64,000 nucleotides of DNA from contig JAVBOA010000026.1 of assembly GCA_031551135.1 (NCBI GenBank), positions 26,683 to 90,682 of the forward strand. Reading direction: 5' to 3'. Positions within the stretch are counted from its first letter, which is position 1. Each line of letters starts with the position of its first letter. The stretch comes from Eubacteriales bacterium (GTDB taxonomy: Bacteria > Bacillota > Clostridia > Lachnospirales > JAITVM01). Below the pieces are notes generated by a model, which ran no database searches, was not told the origin of the DNA, and worked only from the letters and a program-made list of their open reading frames with translations. This document shows, in pieces, positions 1-9,589 of the stretch. The translations under genes and the position numbers were made by a program.

Positions 1-71
1 TATAGACGAGTATTTAAAGCGCATTGACGAAATGTGCGAACGCAAAGAAACTATCTTAAAGGAGTGGTTTT

Positions 72-1331
72 GTGAAAATAATTGCCCCGAAAGGAACAAA
101 TGATATCTTAGGTGATGATATCTATATTTGGCAGAAAATTGAAAATGAAATACAGGAAATCTGTAAATTGTTTAATATAGAAGAAGTCCGCACGCCGATT
201 TTTGAATATACTGAATTATTCAGCCGCGGAGTAGGCGAAACAACAGACGTTGTTCAAAAAGAAATGTATACTTTCACTACAAAAGGTGAAAAATCTTTGA
301 CGCTTAAGCCGGAAGGCACGGCAGGAATTGTGCGTTCTTATTTGCAGCATGGACTTTTCGCAAATAAAATGCCTTGCAAATTATATTATGTTGCGCCGAA
401 TTTCAGATATGAGCAGCCACAGTCGGGACGCTACAGGCAGTTTCATCAATTTGGTGTGGAGTATTTCGGTTCGGATTCGCCTGCTTGTGATGCTGAGGTT
501 ATTGGAATAGCGGATATGCTTTTAAAAAAGCTTGGAGTTAAAAATAATACGCTCTTTTTAAATTCGCTTGGCGGACCGGAATGCCGCAAAAAATATAATC
601 TTGTATTGACAGAATATTTGAAAAAGCATTATGACAGCCTTTGTCCGACTTGCAAAGAACGTCTTGAAAAAAATCCGTTACGGGTTTTGGATTGCAAAGT
701 GGAAGCTTGCGCACCGATAATCGAAAACGCTCCTGTTACTTTGGACGTTTTGGATACAGAATGCCGCAATCATTTTGAGGATCTTCAGAAAATATTGACA
801 GCCTCCGGCATTGAGTTTAAAATTAATGCGAAAATCGTTCGGGGTTTGGATTATTATACAAGAACTGTTTTTGAATTTGTAAATGACGAGGTACATGGCT
901 CTGTCGGCGGCGGCGGACGCTACGACGGCTTGGTTGAACAATTGGGCGGCGCAAAAACTCCGGCTGTTGGATTCGCAATGGGCATGGAGCGGATTATTTT
1001 GGCGCTAAAAAGTCAAAATGCCACTATTGCTTCGAAACCAAGAACAGAAATATTTATTGGATTTATCGGCGACAACGGTTTTTTGAAATCTCAGAAATTT
1101 GTAAAGGATTTGCGTGAAAAAGGAATCATTGCGGAATCGGATATTATTAAACGCTCGGTTAAAGCGCAGATGAAATACGCTGACAAAATAAATGCGAAAT
1201 ATACAATAATTCTCGGAGACAGTGAAATTGAATCGGGCAGAGCCAATATTAAAAATATGGATATCGGCGAATCAGTGGAAATTAATATAAATGAAATTTA
1301 TGAGTATATAAAAGGAGAAAGCCATGAGTGA
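72..1331 (+). CDS. hisS: histidine--tRNA ligase
   Basis: 419-aa ORF with a GTG start after AAGGAG. Has class II aaRS/HisRS motifs FRYEQPQSGRYRQFHQFGVE and GGGGRYDGL. Confidence 0.95.
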   Translation: MKIIAPKGTNDILGDDIYIWQKIENEIQEICKLFNIEEVRTPIFEYTELFSRGVGETTDVVQKEMYTFTTKGEKSLTLKPEGTAGIVRSYLQHGLFANKMPCKLYYVAPNFRYEQPQSGRYRQFHQFGVEYFGSDSPACDAEVIGIADMLLKKLGVKNNTLFLNSLGGPECRKKYNLVLTEYLKKHYDSLCPTCKERLEKNPLRVLDCKVEACAPIIENAPVTLDVLDTECRNHFEDLQKILTASGIEFKINAKIVRGLDYYTRTVFEFVNDEVHGSVGGGGRYDGLVEQLGGAKTPAVGFAMGMERIILALKSQNATIASKPRTEIFIGFIGDNGFLKSQKFVKDLREKGIIAESDIIKRSVKAQMKYADKINAKYTIILGDSEIESGRANIKNMDIGESVEININEIYEYIKGESHE

Positions 1332-3108
1332 ATCAATGCTGGGTATGAAAAGAACGCATTATTGTGCGGACGTAAATGAAGAATTTATTGGTCAGGAAGT
1401 TACCGTTATGGGTTGGGTAAACCATAATCGAAATTTCGGTCCGTTTTTATTCATCACGCTAAGAGACCGCACGGGAATTGTGCAAGCATATTTTAATCAG
1501 GAAGAGAACAAAGAACTTTTTGATAAGGCTTCGGCTTTGCGCGGCGAATTCGTTGTTGGGATAAGCGGCAAAGTTATTGCACGTACGGAAAAAAATATAA
1601 ATCCGGCTTTGAAAACCGGAAAAATCGAAATTCAGGTGAATAGTCTGAAAATTCTTTCTGAGGCTGAAATTCCGCCGTTTACACCGTCTGATGTGGGCGT
1701 TAAGGATGATTTGAGATTAAAATACAGATATATAGATTTACGCCGTGCCGAATTGCAAAAGAATTTCTTTGTAAGGCATAAAATGGCGCAAGTTGTGCGG
1801 AGTTTTCTGGATAAAGAAGGATATATCGAAGTTGAAACACCGGTTTTGACAAAATCAACTCCGGAAGGCGCACGCGATTATCTTGTGCCCAGCCGTATTT
1901 ATCCCGGAAATTTTTATGCTTTGCCGCAATCGCCACAGCTTTTTAAACAATTGTTAATGATTTCGGGTTTTGACAGGTATTTCCAAATAACAAAATGCTT
2001 TAGAGACGAAGACCTTCGAGCCGACCGTCAGCCGGAATTCACTCAAATAGATACCGAATTGTCTTTTGTTGACCAAGATGATATCCTGGAAATAAACGAA
2101 AGACTGTATAAGGAAATTTTCAAAAAAATGCTTGATGTGGAAATTGAACTTCCGATTCAAAGAATGCCGTATATTGAAGCAATGACACGATACGGTATTG
2201 ATAAACCGGATATTCGTTTTGGTATGGAGCTTGTAAATATTACCGGTATCGTTAAAAATTCCGAGTTCGGAGTTTTCGAAAATGTGATAAATGCAGGCGG
2301 TTCTGTACAGGGAATTTGCGTTAAAGGCGCAGCTTCTATGCCAAGAAAACAAATCGATTCTTTGGTTGAATTTGTGAAAGATTACGGCGCAAAAGGTTTG
2401 GCTTGGATAAATGTTCTCGAAAACGAAATCAAAACGACTTTATCAAAATTCTTTGATGAAAATAGATTGAATGAAATCCTAAAAGCGTTCGGCGCAGAAG
2501 CGGGCGATTTAGTTTTAATTTGTGCGGATAAAACAGAAACGGTTTGGGATTCGCTTGGCAATTTGAGGAACGAAATCGCAAAAAGATTGAATCTATACAA
2601 TCCGAATGAATATAAATTGCTTTGGGTTACTGAATTTCCGCTTTTTGAGTGGTCAGAAGAAGATAACAGATTTTATGCGAAACATCATCCGTTTACTTCT
2701 CCAATGGATGAAGATATAGATTTGATGGACAGTGACCCGATTAATGTACGTGCGAAGGCTTATGACCTTGTTATAAACGGTTATGAATTGGGAAGCGGCT
2801 CAATCAGAATACATCAGCGTGAAGTTCAAGAAAAAATATTCAAGATTTTAGGGTTCACGCCTGAGGAAATAAATGAAAAATTTGGATTTATAATTGAAGC
2901 ATTTAAATACGGCGCGCCGCCGCACGGCGGAATTGCTTTCGGTTTTGACCGTCTGACAATGATTATCACGGGCTGCAATAATATCCGTGACGTAGTTGCT
3001 TTCCCGAAAGTAAAAGATGCTTCCTGCCCGATGACAGACACACCAAGTTCTGTCGATGAAAAGCAGCTTCTTGAATTAGGGATTTCTGTTTGTAAAAAAG
3101 AAAATTAG
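1324..3108 (+). CDS. aspS: aspartate--tRNA ligase
   Basis: 594 aa, overlapping the hisS stop by 8 nt. Has an N-terminal OB fold and class II motifs FRDEDLRADRQPEFTQID, GSGSIRIH and GGIAFGFDR. Confidence 0.95.
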   Translation: MSESMLGMKRTHYCADVNEEFIGQEVTVMGWVNHNRNFGPFLFITLRDRTGIVQAYFNQEENKELFDKASALRGEFVVGISGKVIARTEKNINPALKTGKIEIQVNSLKILSEAEIPPFTPSDVGVKDDLRLKYRYIDLRRAELQKNFFVRHKMAQVVRSFLDKEGYIEVETPVLTKSTPEGARDYLVPSRIYPGNFYALPQSPQLFKQLLMISGFDRYFQITKCFRDEDLRADRQPEFTQIDTELSFVDQDDILEINERLYKEIFKKMLDVEIELPIQRMPYIEAMTRYGIDKPDIRFGMELVNITGIVKNSEFGVFENVINAGGSVQGICVKGAASMPRKQIDSLVEFVKDYGAKGLAWINVLENEIKTTLSKFFDENRLNEILKAFGAEAGDLVLICADKTETVWDSLGNLRNEIAKRLNLYNPNEYKLLWVTEFPLFEWSEEDNRFYAKHHPFTSPMDEDIDLMDSDPINVRAKAYDLVINGYELGSGSIRIHQREVQEKIFKILGFTPEEINEKFGFIIEAFKYGAPPHGGIAFGFDRLTMIITGCNNIRDVVAFPKVKDASCPMTDTPSSVDEKQLLELGISVCKKEN

Positions 3109-3154
3109 ATTGCATTAAGATTTTTATTGTGATATAATTCTTTACTGTAAATAC

Positions 3155-3192
3155 GGATGTTCCTCTTTTGCAAATGGCATTACCGAACATCC
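3155..3192 (+). promoter_or_regulatory. possible rplS (L19) leader hairpin
   Basis: GGATGTTC ... GAACATCC stem lies between a TTGCAT-17-TATAAT promoter (3111-3139) and the rplS RBS. The position matches L19 autoregulatory leaders known in Firmicutes; no covariance model was run. Confidence 0.3.
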
Positions 3193-3212
3193 TATAAAAA
3201 GGAGAAAGTCAG

Positions 3213-3575
3213 ATGAACAAAATTATCAAAGAACTTGAAGACGCTCAATTAAAGCAAAATATTACTAATTTTAAAGTCGGCGACACTGTGCGTGTTTTCG
3301 CAAAGGTTGTCGAGGGCGCAAGAGAGCGTATACAGGTTTTTGAAGGCGTAGTTATTAAAAGGCAAAACGGCGGTATCAAAGAAACTGTAACGGTTAGAAG
3401 AATCGCCAGCGGTATCGGAGTAGAAAGAACATGGCCGATACATTCGCCAAGAATTGATAAAATCGAAGTAATTCGCCGCGGTATCGTAAGACGCGCTAAA
3501 TTATTCTATCTTCGAGGTAAATTCGGAAAATCTGCAAAAATCAAAGAAGACATTAAAGCCAGACAATCTAAATAA
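3213..3575 (+). CDS. rplS: 50S ribosomal protein L19
   Basis: 120 aa with a typical L19 sequence (FKVGDTVRV..., RRAKLFYLR); strong RBS AAAGGAGAA. Confidence 0.95.
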   Translation: MNKIIKELEDAQLKQNITNFKVGDTVRVFAKVVEGARERIQVFEGVVIKRQNGGIKETVTVRRIASGIGVERTWPIHSPRIDKIEVIRRGIVRRAKLFYLRGKFGKSAKIKEDIKARQSK

Positions 3576-3580
3576 TATAA

Positions 3581-3615
3581 AAGGTGTTTCAAAATTTTTT
3601 GAAGCACCTTTTTGT
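3581..3615 (+). terminator. intrinsic terminator after rplS
   Basis: AAGGTGTTTC / GAAGCACCTT stem followed by TTTTTGT. Confidence 0.7.
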
Positions 3616-3651
3616 AATAAAGAAGGAAAAGCTATACTTTGGGGGTAAATC

Positions 3652-4209
3652 ATGCTGGATAAATATATAAAAAATAAAGTTTTGAAAGAAATTTTGGACT
3701 GGGTCATTGCCTTTGCCTTTGCATATATAATGTTTCTTATTGTTCAGACATTTTTATTTCAGAATGCGAAAGTCGATGGAATTTCTATGGAGCCGACTTT
3801 GCAGGACGGAGATTTTGTTATAATAAACAGACTCCAATATTATTTGAATGAGCCGGAATATAACGATATAGTTGCTTTTCCGTATCAGCAAAATAGATCT
3901 AAAAAATTTATAAAAAGGATTATCGGAAAACCGAAAGATATTATTGATATAAAAGACGGAAACGTATATGTAAACGGGAATTTAGTGGAAAATACTTTTT
4001 CGAATTTTGCAACCGAACCGCGTGAATTAGATTATCCTGTAGAAGTTCCCGAAGGATATTATTTTGCACTGGGCGATAACCGTGCGGACAGCCACGACAG
4101 CCGATTCTATGACGTTGGATTTGTTGAGCGGAAAGATTTGATCGGAAGAGTGAAAACCCGCATTTGGCCTTTGGGAAAATTCGGAACTATTACAGAAAAC
4201 AAGGATTGA
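3652..4209 (+). CDS. lepB: signal peptidase I
   Basis: N-terminal TM helix; S26 motifs GISMEPTL (catalytic Ser) and GDNRADSHDSR. Confidence 0.9.
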   Translation: MLDKYIKNKVLKEILDWVIAFAFAYIMFLIVQTFLFQNAKVDGISMEPTLQDGDFVIINRLQYYLNEPEYNDIVAFPYQQNRSKKFIKRIIGKPKDIIDIKDGNVYVNGNLVENTFSNFATEPRELDYPVEVPEGYYFALGDNRADSHDSRFYDVGFVERKDLIGRVKTRIWPLGKFGTITENKD

Positions 4210-4213
4210 TAAA

Positions 4214-5062
4214 ATGGATATACATTGGTACCCCGGCCATATGGCCAAAACGAAAAGAATGATTGTAGAAAATATTTCGCTTGTTGATATAGTGATTGAG
4301 CTTTTAGATGCTCGGATTCCAATCAGCAGTAAAAATCCTGATATTGACGATTTAGCAAAAAATAAAAAGAGAATAGTTATTTTAAATAAATCCGATTTAG
4401 CCGACGAAAATATCACGAAAAAATGGGTTGATTATTTTGAGAAGCTGGATAAAAAAGTTATTTTGGCAAATTCGGTAAAAGGCATTGGCTTGAACGAAAT
4501 ACTTTCGGTTTCCAATCAGCTAATGGAAGAAAAAATCGCCAGACAAAAAGCTCGAGGCAGGATTTTTGTGCCGATACGTGCTATGATTGTCGGAATCCCG
4601 AATGTCGGAAAATCTACTCTTATCAATAAAATTTCCGGGAGAAATATCACACAAACCGCCGACCGCCCGGGCGTTACAAGGAATAAACAATGGGTTAAGC
4701 TCAGAAAAGACTTCGAACTTTTGGATACGCCGGGGATTCTGTGGCCGAAATTTGAAGATATTGAAATCGGAATAAAATTAGCGGCTACCGGCGCTATAAA
4801 AGACGAGATTATTGATATCGAGACTCTTGCGCTAAGGCTAATAGAAAAACTAATGGATTTTTATCCAATGGCGGTTTCCGAACGCTACAAAATTGAAATA
4901 ACTGAAAATGATACTGCATTAGAGATTTTGGAAAAAATCGGAGAGCGTCGCGGATTCAAGATGAAAGGCGGCGTTATCGATTTAAATAAATCGGCGATAG
5001 TGCTATTGGATGAATTCAGAGATTGTAAATTAGGCAGAATTTCTTTGGAAATTCCGAATTGA
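4214..5062 (+). CDS. rbgA: ribosome biogenesis GTPase A (YlqF/RbgA)
   Basis: WYPGHMAKTKR N-terminus; circularly permuted G motifs NKSDL ... GIPNVGKST ... DTPG. Confidence 0.9.
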   Translation: MDIHWYPGHMAKTKRMIVENISLVDIVIELLDARIPISSKNPDIDDLAKNKKRIVILNKSDLADENITKKWVDYFEKLDKKVILANSVKGIGLNEILSVSNQLMEEKIARQKARGRIFVPIRAMIVGIPNVGKSTLINKISGRNITQTADRPGVTRNKQWVKLRKDFELLDTPGILWPKFEDIEIGIKLAATGAIKDEIIDIETLALRLIEKLMDFYPMAVSERYKIEITENDTALEILEKIGERRGFKMKGGVIDLNKSAIVLLDEFRDCKLGRISLEIPN

Positions 5063-5080
5063 TTACTATATTGACAACCG

Positions 5081-5129
5081 AAAAAAAAGTACACCCCTTC
5101 CGCCCAACCTACCTGCGCGGAAGGGGTGT
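5081..5129 (-). terminator. intrinsic terminator of the 5154-5861 gene (possibly bidirectional)
   Basis: 13-bp perfect stem ACACCCCTTCCGC / GCGGAAGGGGTGT. An A8 run on the + strand gives a U-tract on the minus strand. It lies between convergent genes. Confidence 0.8.
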
Positions 5130-5153
5130 CAAAATCTAATCGTTCGCCGGTAC

Positions 5154-5861
5154 TTAAGAATTAATAAATTTCAATATTTTTTTGGGATTGGCGTTTGGAT
5201 TTAGTTTATAAATTTGTTCGGTTATGATTTCTACAGCTGTATCTTTTTCTATTTCAGAAGCTTTTGAAATAATTTCACTACCCCAAAAATCTTCGGTCAT
5301 ACAAAAAACTGTTGATGACCAACCGTATTCTTCACCTTTTTGAGAAATTTTTTGCTGTCTACCGCACATTGTTATATACATTTTTGTTTGTAGTTCAACT
5401 AAGGCGCGCTCAAACTGCGGCTTTTCTTCCTTGGCGAATCCGCCGATTTGTTTTATTCCGTGAAGTGGAAGCGTACCGTTTTCATTGATTGTATCATAAA
5501 TTCTTTTTGCATGATTGCTGATAAGACCGTCGGAATATTCCTCATCAAATGATTTATTTTCTCTGCGTACTGCCAAAAAATATGAAATCCAATCTTTCGT
5601 GATAAAGCCGCTTTTTTTGAAGAAAAACTTTGCATAAGCGATGTCATTGCGTTCGTCTAATACTCTCATCCGCCATTCCCAAGGGTCGGTTTCCGGGTCG
5701 CCGGTATGCCAGCGCACCGGCGTTTCGTACGGAGGATCTTCGTTCCAGCTCCATGGCACTATTGAGTAAATCCCTTCGTTATTCCCGCCGCCCATAGAAA
5801 ATCCGGCATTAATCAGTCCTTTGATAAAATCATCATAATTTTTTATTTGTAAATCATTCAA
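5154..5861 (-). CDS. conserved hypothetical protein, possibly AlkZ-related/winged-helix family
   Basis: 235-aa ORF with clear coding character. The WHTGDPETDPWEWR and IAYAKFFFKKSGFIT motifs resemble proteins I recall being named AlkZ-related; this rests on memory only. Confidence 0.45.
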   Translation of the reverse strand: MNDLQIKNYDDFIKGLINAGFSMGGGNNEGIYSIVPWSWNEDPPYETPVRWHTGDPETDPWEWRMRVLDERNDIAYAKFFFKKSGFITKDWISYFLAVRRENKSFDEEYSDGLISNHAKRIYDTINENGTLPLHGIKQIGGFAKEEKPQFERALVELQTKMYITMCGRQQKISQKGEEYGWSSTVFCMTEDFWGSEIISKASEIEKDTAVEIITEQIYKLNPNANPKKILKFINS

Positions 5862-6047
5862 AATAAAATCCTCCTTCGAGATTCATCTCAATAATTAAGT
5901 CAAATTCCTATAAAAATAAAGTGTTTTCTACATTTTATCACGCTTAAACAAAATAAAAAATTACTATTAAGATAAAATTTTAAATGTCGATAAAAATTAT
6001 ATTAGGATTTTCGGAAAAAAAGAAATCATAGGTCTTTTTTTAAATAA

Positions 6048-6159
6048 TACTATTTTCATTTTGATAAGTAGAAAAAAATTTTTCACAGCGGAGCGTTTCG
6101 CGCAATGTTTCTAGCGCGAAATGAAATATTTTTTTCTGTCCTTTATAATGAAAATAGTA
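6048..6159 (+). repeat. TIR-hairpin element, full length (112 bp), orientation A
   Basis: TACTATTTTCATT ... AATGAAAATAGTA termini; about 38-nt inverted arms; central hairpin TTTCGCGC-N10-GCGCGAAA (6096-6121). Near-identical to the copy at 62422-62533. Confidence 0.95.
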
Positions 6160-6162
6160 TAA

Positions 6163-6200
6163 TACTATTTTCATTATGGAAGATAAAAAAATAAAAAAAC
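6163..6200 (-). repeat. truncated TIR-hairpin element (left arm only), abutting the previous copy
   Basis: TACTATTTTCATTATGGAAGATAAAAAAA matches the orientation-B left arm. It sits 3 nt after the preceding copy and runs into the 5' UTR of the sensor kinase. Confidence 0.6.
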
Positions 6201-6209
6201 GGTGATACG

Positions 6210-9200
6210 ATGACTGACGACGAAAATAAATTATTTACGAATTTTACAGAATTAATGGCGCTGGACAATATTTTGCTATTTGAACTTTATCCGGAAAAAG
6301 AACAATTAATTCTGCATAAGAGTGATTTTACAAAATTTCTTTTAGGGTTTGAAAATAAAACCACTATAAATAATTGCATGTCTTTTTTTAATAAAGTAAT
6401 TCATCCGGATGATTTTGGAAAGATAGACAATGCAATTAAGAATATTTCCTTGGGAAGAGAAGTAAGACATACGCAATGCCGGATAAGGCATTTTGAATTG
6501 AAAGAATGGACTGAAGTAATGATTTCCTCAAATAGGGATTCATCTAGTCTCGGTCTGCATGTTTTAGGGATAATCCGGGTGTTATCCGAAGATGAAATAT
6601 ACAGCATGAAATACAAAACGGATTTAAAACTAAAAATGATTTTGGATTATAATCCGACAATTTGTATTATTTTCGATTCAGAAGGAAAAATACTTGATAT
6701 TAATAAAGCGGCTTGTATTTTGTTCAATCTGCCAAATAAACAAAGTTTTATTGAAAAATTTCTCGAGCTTTTTCCTGAGCTTCAGCCGGATGGAAAGAAT
6801 TCTATTGAAAAAATGAGATATTTAATTTCTGAATCGGTCAAAGGCAAAAAAATAGTTGTTGACTGGCTGCATCAAGATCTGCTTAATAGACCGATTGAAA
6901 CAAAAGTCACTTTGGTACCGGTTAAGGCCAATAATAGCTCCTATGTTTTGGCATATATTGAAGATATGCGCATGACGCACCAAATGATCAGAGCGATAAA
7001 AGAGCTAAAAACCGAAATGGAAAATTCCAAGGGCTTGATGCTCGATTCGTCGCCTCTGGCTTGTGATATGTGGGACGATGAAATGAATATGATTTTTTGC
7101 AATAAATCGGCGTATGAACTTTTCGGATTATCGAGTATCGAAGAATATTGTGAAAATCACAGACTTTTATCGGCTGAATATCAGGAAAACGGCCGTCTTT
7201 CTTCGGAATATGCGCCCGAGATGGTATCGATTGCGATAAAAAACAGCGAGCATACTTTTAATTGGCTGCACAGAAAAATCACCGGCGAAATTATTCCGGC
7301 AAGAGTTACGTTAAAAAAAGTTAATTACGGAGATTCTTTCAGAATAATCGGTTATATATATGATTTAAGGGCGGAGATGCAAGCGAATAAGCAAGCGTTT
7401 GAGGCTGACCAAAGAAGTAAATTGATGACAGAAATAAATCCGATTACGACTACTATCTGGAATAGTAAATGTGAACTTATAGATTGTAATGCGTCTGCTC
7501 TAAAAATGTTTAGAGTCGAAAGCATAGAAGAGCTGCAGGACAATTTTATGAAATTCTTTCCGGAATATCAGCCGGACGGCAGGCTAAGCGAAGTTGCTTT
7601 TAAAGAGAACATGAATTTTGCTAATCTTGAAGGTAAAAGAACATTGGAAAGTGTTCATAAAGACTCAAAAGGAAATTTATTTTTAACGGAAGTTATTATG
7701 TTTCGTGTGAAATTAATGGATGAAGAATGTATTGTTGCATATACAAGGGATATCAGCGCCGAACGTGAAATTATTTCTGTAATGAAAAAGGCGAAAGAGG
7801 CCGCAGAGCAAGGCGAAAAAGCTAAATCCAGCTTTTTGGCAAATATGAGCCATGAAATCCGCACACCGATGAATGCCATAATCGGAATGTCCGAATTGCT
7901 TTTGCATGAGGAGCTTAGCGAAAAACAACATCGTTTCGTTCAAGATATTAACGTTTCATCAACAAGCCTTTTATCGATTATCAATGATATTTTGGATTTT
8001 TCTAAAATAGAGGCCGGCAAATTGGAGCTTGTTAAAAACAATTATTCGATTCGCAGTCTTTTGGATAATATTGCTTCGAGTATGAGAGTTGTTGCAGAAA
8101 AGAAAAATCTAGAATTTATTTCGTCAATTTCGGATGAACTGCCAATATGTCTTTACGGCGACGATGTGAAATTAAGACAGATTTTAACGAATTTATTAAG
8201 CAATGCAGTGAAATTTACAAAATATGGTTTTGTTTCTTTCCATGCGGATATTTCTAATAACGATGGCGAAGAATTGGTTTTTAGTATAAAAGACAGCGGA
8301 ATTGGCATAAAAGCAGAGAATTTTAACAGATTGTTTAATCCTTTTGAGCAATTGGACAAAGTTGAAAATAAAAATGTTGAAGGCACGGGGCTTGGCCTTG
8401 TAATAACTAAGCGGATAATTGAAATGATGAACGGCGGCATTGAGATGATTTCCGAATACGGAAAAGGCACAGAGTTTATCGTCAGACTTCCGCTTATTAT
8501 CGGTGACGTTTCTAAAATGAACAGTGATATAAAAGATTTCAGATTTGTAAAAGCCAAGAATGCAGAAATTTTAGTGGTAGACGATGTCGAAGCGAATCTG
8601 CGGGTGATTTCGGCGCTTTTAGAAATGTCGGGAATTATTTGCGATACTGCAAGCAGCGGTTCGGACGGAATCGAAAAGATTAAAAATAAAGATTATGATA
8701 TTGTATTTATGGATCATATGATGCCCGAAATGGACGGAATAGAAACATGCAGGAAAATACGTTCTTTGGGCGGAAAATTCGAAAATATAAAAATTATTGC
8801 ACTCACGGCGAATGCTGTTTCCGGCGCGCGCGAAACAATGCTCGAAGCCGGAATGGATGACTTTTTGTCAAAACCCATTGATAAAATGTTATTAAATGGA
8901 ATACTTATTAAACATTTGCCAAACTCTAAAATAGATGAGATACAGGAAATCGAAGAAAATTTCATTGGTGAGCTTTCGGATATTCTTAAAAAAGTTAAGT
9001 TAATTAAGGGAATCGACCTTGAATATGCGCTTTCGCTTATGGGAAATAATCAAAAAATTTATGAAAATGCTTTAGCTTTCTTTTTAAAGCAATATGAAAA
9101 TACTAGGAAGAAATTAGTTCAGCATCTCGAAAGCTTAGATTCAAAGGCTTTTGCAGTAGAAATTCACGGTGCGAAAGGTTATTTAAGAACATTGGGGGCT

Positions 9201-9578
9201 ATAAAATTATCAGACGAAGCCAAGAATATGGAAATGGCGGCTAAACAAGGCGATATTGGATTTTGTTTAGAGCATTTTGACAGTTTCCTTAGAGGCTATC
9301 AAAAAATGAATGATGATTTGTCGGATGTTTTTCTGAGTACAGATTGTGTTTCTTTAGAAACCGTGGAGATTGATGAGCTGGTTAATGCGCTTGAAAAAGT
9401 AAAAGATGACCTTGAAAATTATCTTTTGGATGCTCCCGAAGAAATTGTATCGAGATATATAAAAATGACATTTGGAGAAAAAATAGATACCAAGCTTTCT
9501 GAGCTAATGGATAAAATTTCGCAAATGGATTATTTTGGAGCTATTGAAACCGTTGACGAAATATTATTACTTGATTGA
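6210..9578 (+). CDS. hybrid sensor histidine kinase (multi-PAS, HisKA, HATPase, REC, HPt)
   Basis: 1122 aa. H-box SHEIRTPMNAI; N/G boxes LLSNAVKFT and GTGLGLVITK; receiver DIVFMDHMMPEMDG; C-terminal HPt-like EIHGAKGYL. The N-terminal ~530 aa carry repeated PAS-like modules. No TM segment is obvious. Confidence 0.9.
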   Translation: MTDDENKLFTNFTELMALDNILLFELYPEKEQLILHKSDFTKFLLGFENKTTINNCMSFFNKVIHPDDFGKIDNAIKNISLGREVRHTQCRIRHFELKEWTEVMISSNRDSSSLGLHVLGIIRVLSEDEIYSMKYKTDLKLKMILDYNPTICIIFDSEGKILDINKAACILFNLPNKQSFIEKFLELFPELQPDGKNSIEKMRYLISESVKGKKIVVDWLHQDLLNRPIETKVTLVPVKANNSSYVLAYIEDMRMTHQMIRAIKELKTEMENSKGLMLDSSPLACDMWDDEMNMIFCNKSAYELFGLSSIEEYCENHRLLSAEYQENGRLSSEYAPEMVSIAIKNSEHTFNWLHRKITGEIIPARVTLKKVNYGDSFRIIGYIYDLRAEMQANKQAFEADQRSKLMTEINPITTTIWNSKCELIDCNASALKMFRVESIEELQDNFMKFFPEYQPDGRLSEVAFKENMNFANLEGKRTLESVHKDSKGNLFLTEVIMFRVKLMDEECIVAYTRDISAEREIISVMKKAKEAAEQGEKAKSSFLANMSHEIRTPMNAIIGMSELLLHEELSEKQHRFVQDINVSSTSLLSIINDILDFSKIEAGKLELVKNNYSIRSLLDNIASSMRVVAEKKNLEFISSISDELPICLYGDDVKLRQILTNLLSNAVKFTKYGFVSFHADISNNDGEELVFSIKDSGIGIKAENFNRLFNPFEQLDKVENKNVEGTGLGLVITKRIIEMMNGGIEMISEYGKGTEFIVRLPLIIGDVSKMNSDIKDFRFVKAKNAEILVVDDVEANLRVISALLEMSGIICDTASSGSDGIEKIKNKDYDIVFMDHMMPEMDGIETCRKIRSLGGKFENIKIIALTANAVSGARETMLEAGMDDFLSKPIDKMLLNGILIKHLPNSKIDEIQEIEENFIGELSDILKKVKLIKGIDLEYALSLMGNNQKIYENALAFFLKQYENTRKKLVQHLESLDSKAFAVEIHGAKGYLRTLGAIKLSDEAKNMEMAAKQGDIGFCLEHFDSFLRGYQKMNDDLSDVFLSTDCVSLETVEIDELVNALEKVKDDLENYLLDAPEEIVSRYIKMTFGEKIDTKLSELMDKISQMDYFGAIETVDEILLLD

Positions 9579-9589
9579 GGTGGAAATTG

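Noticed and set aside
2-109. Open reading frame entering the window in frame 2 (…IDEYLKRIDEMCERKETILKEWF…), overlapping the hisS start.
   Set aside because: It is too short and has no recognisable motif. It may be the 3' end of an upstream gene, but I cannot support this from 36 codons.
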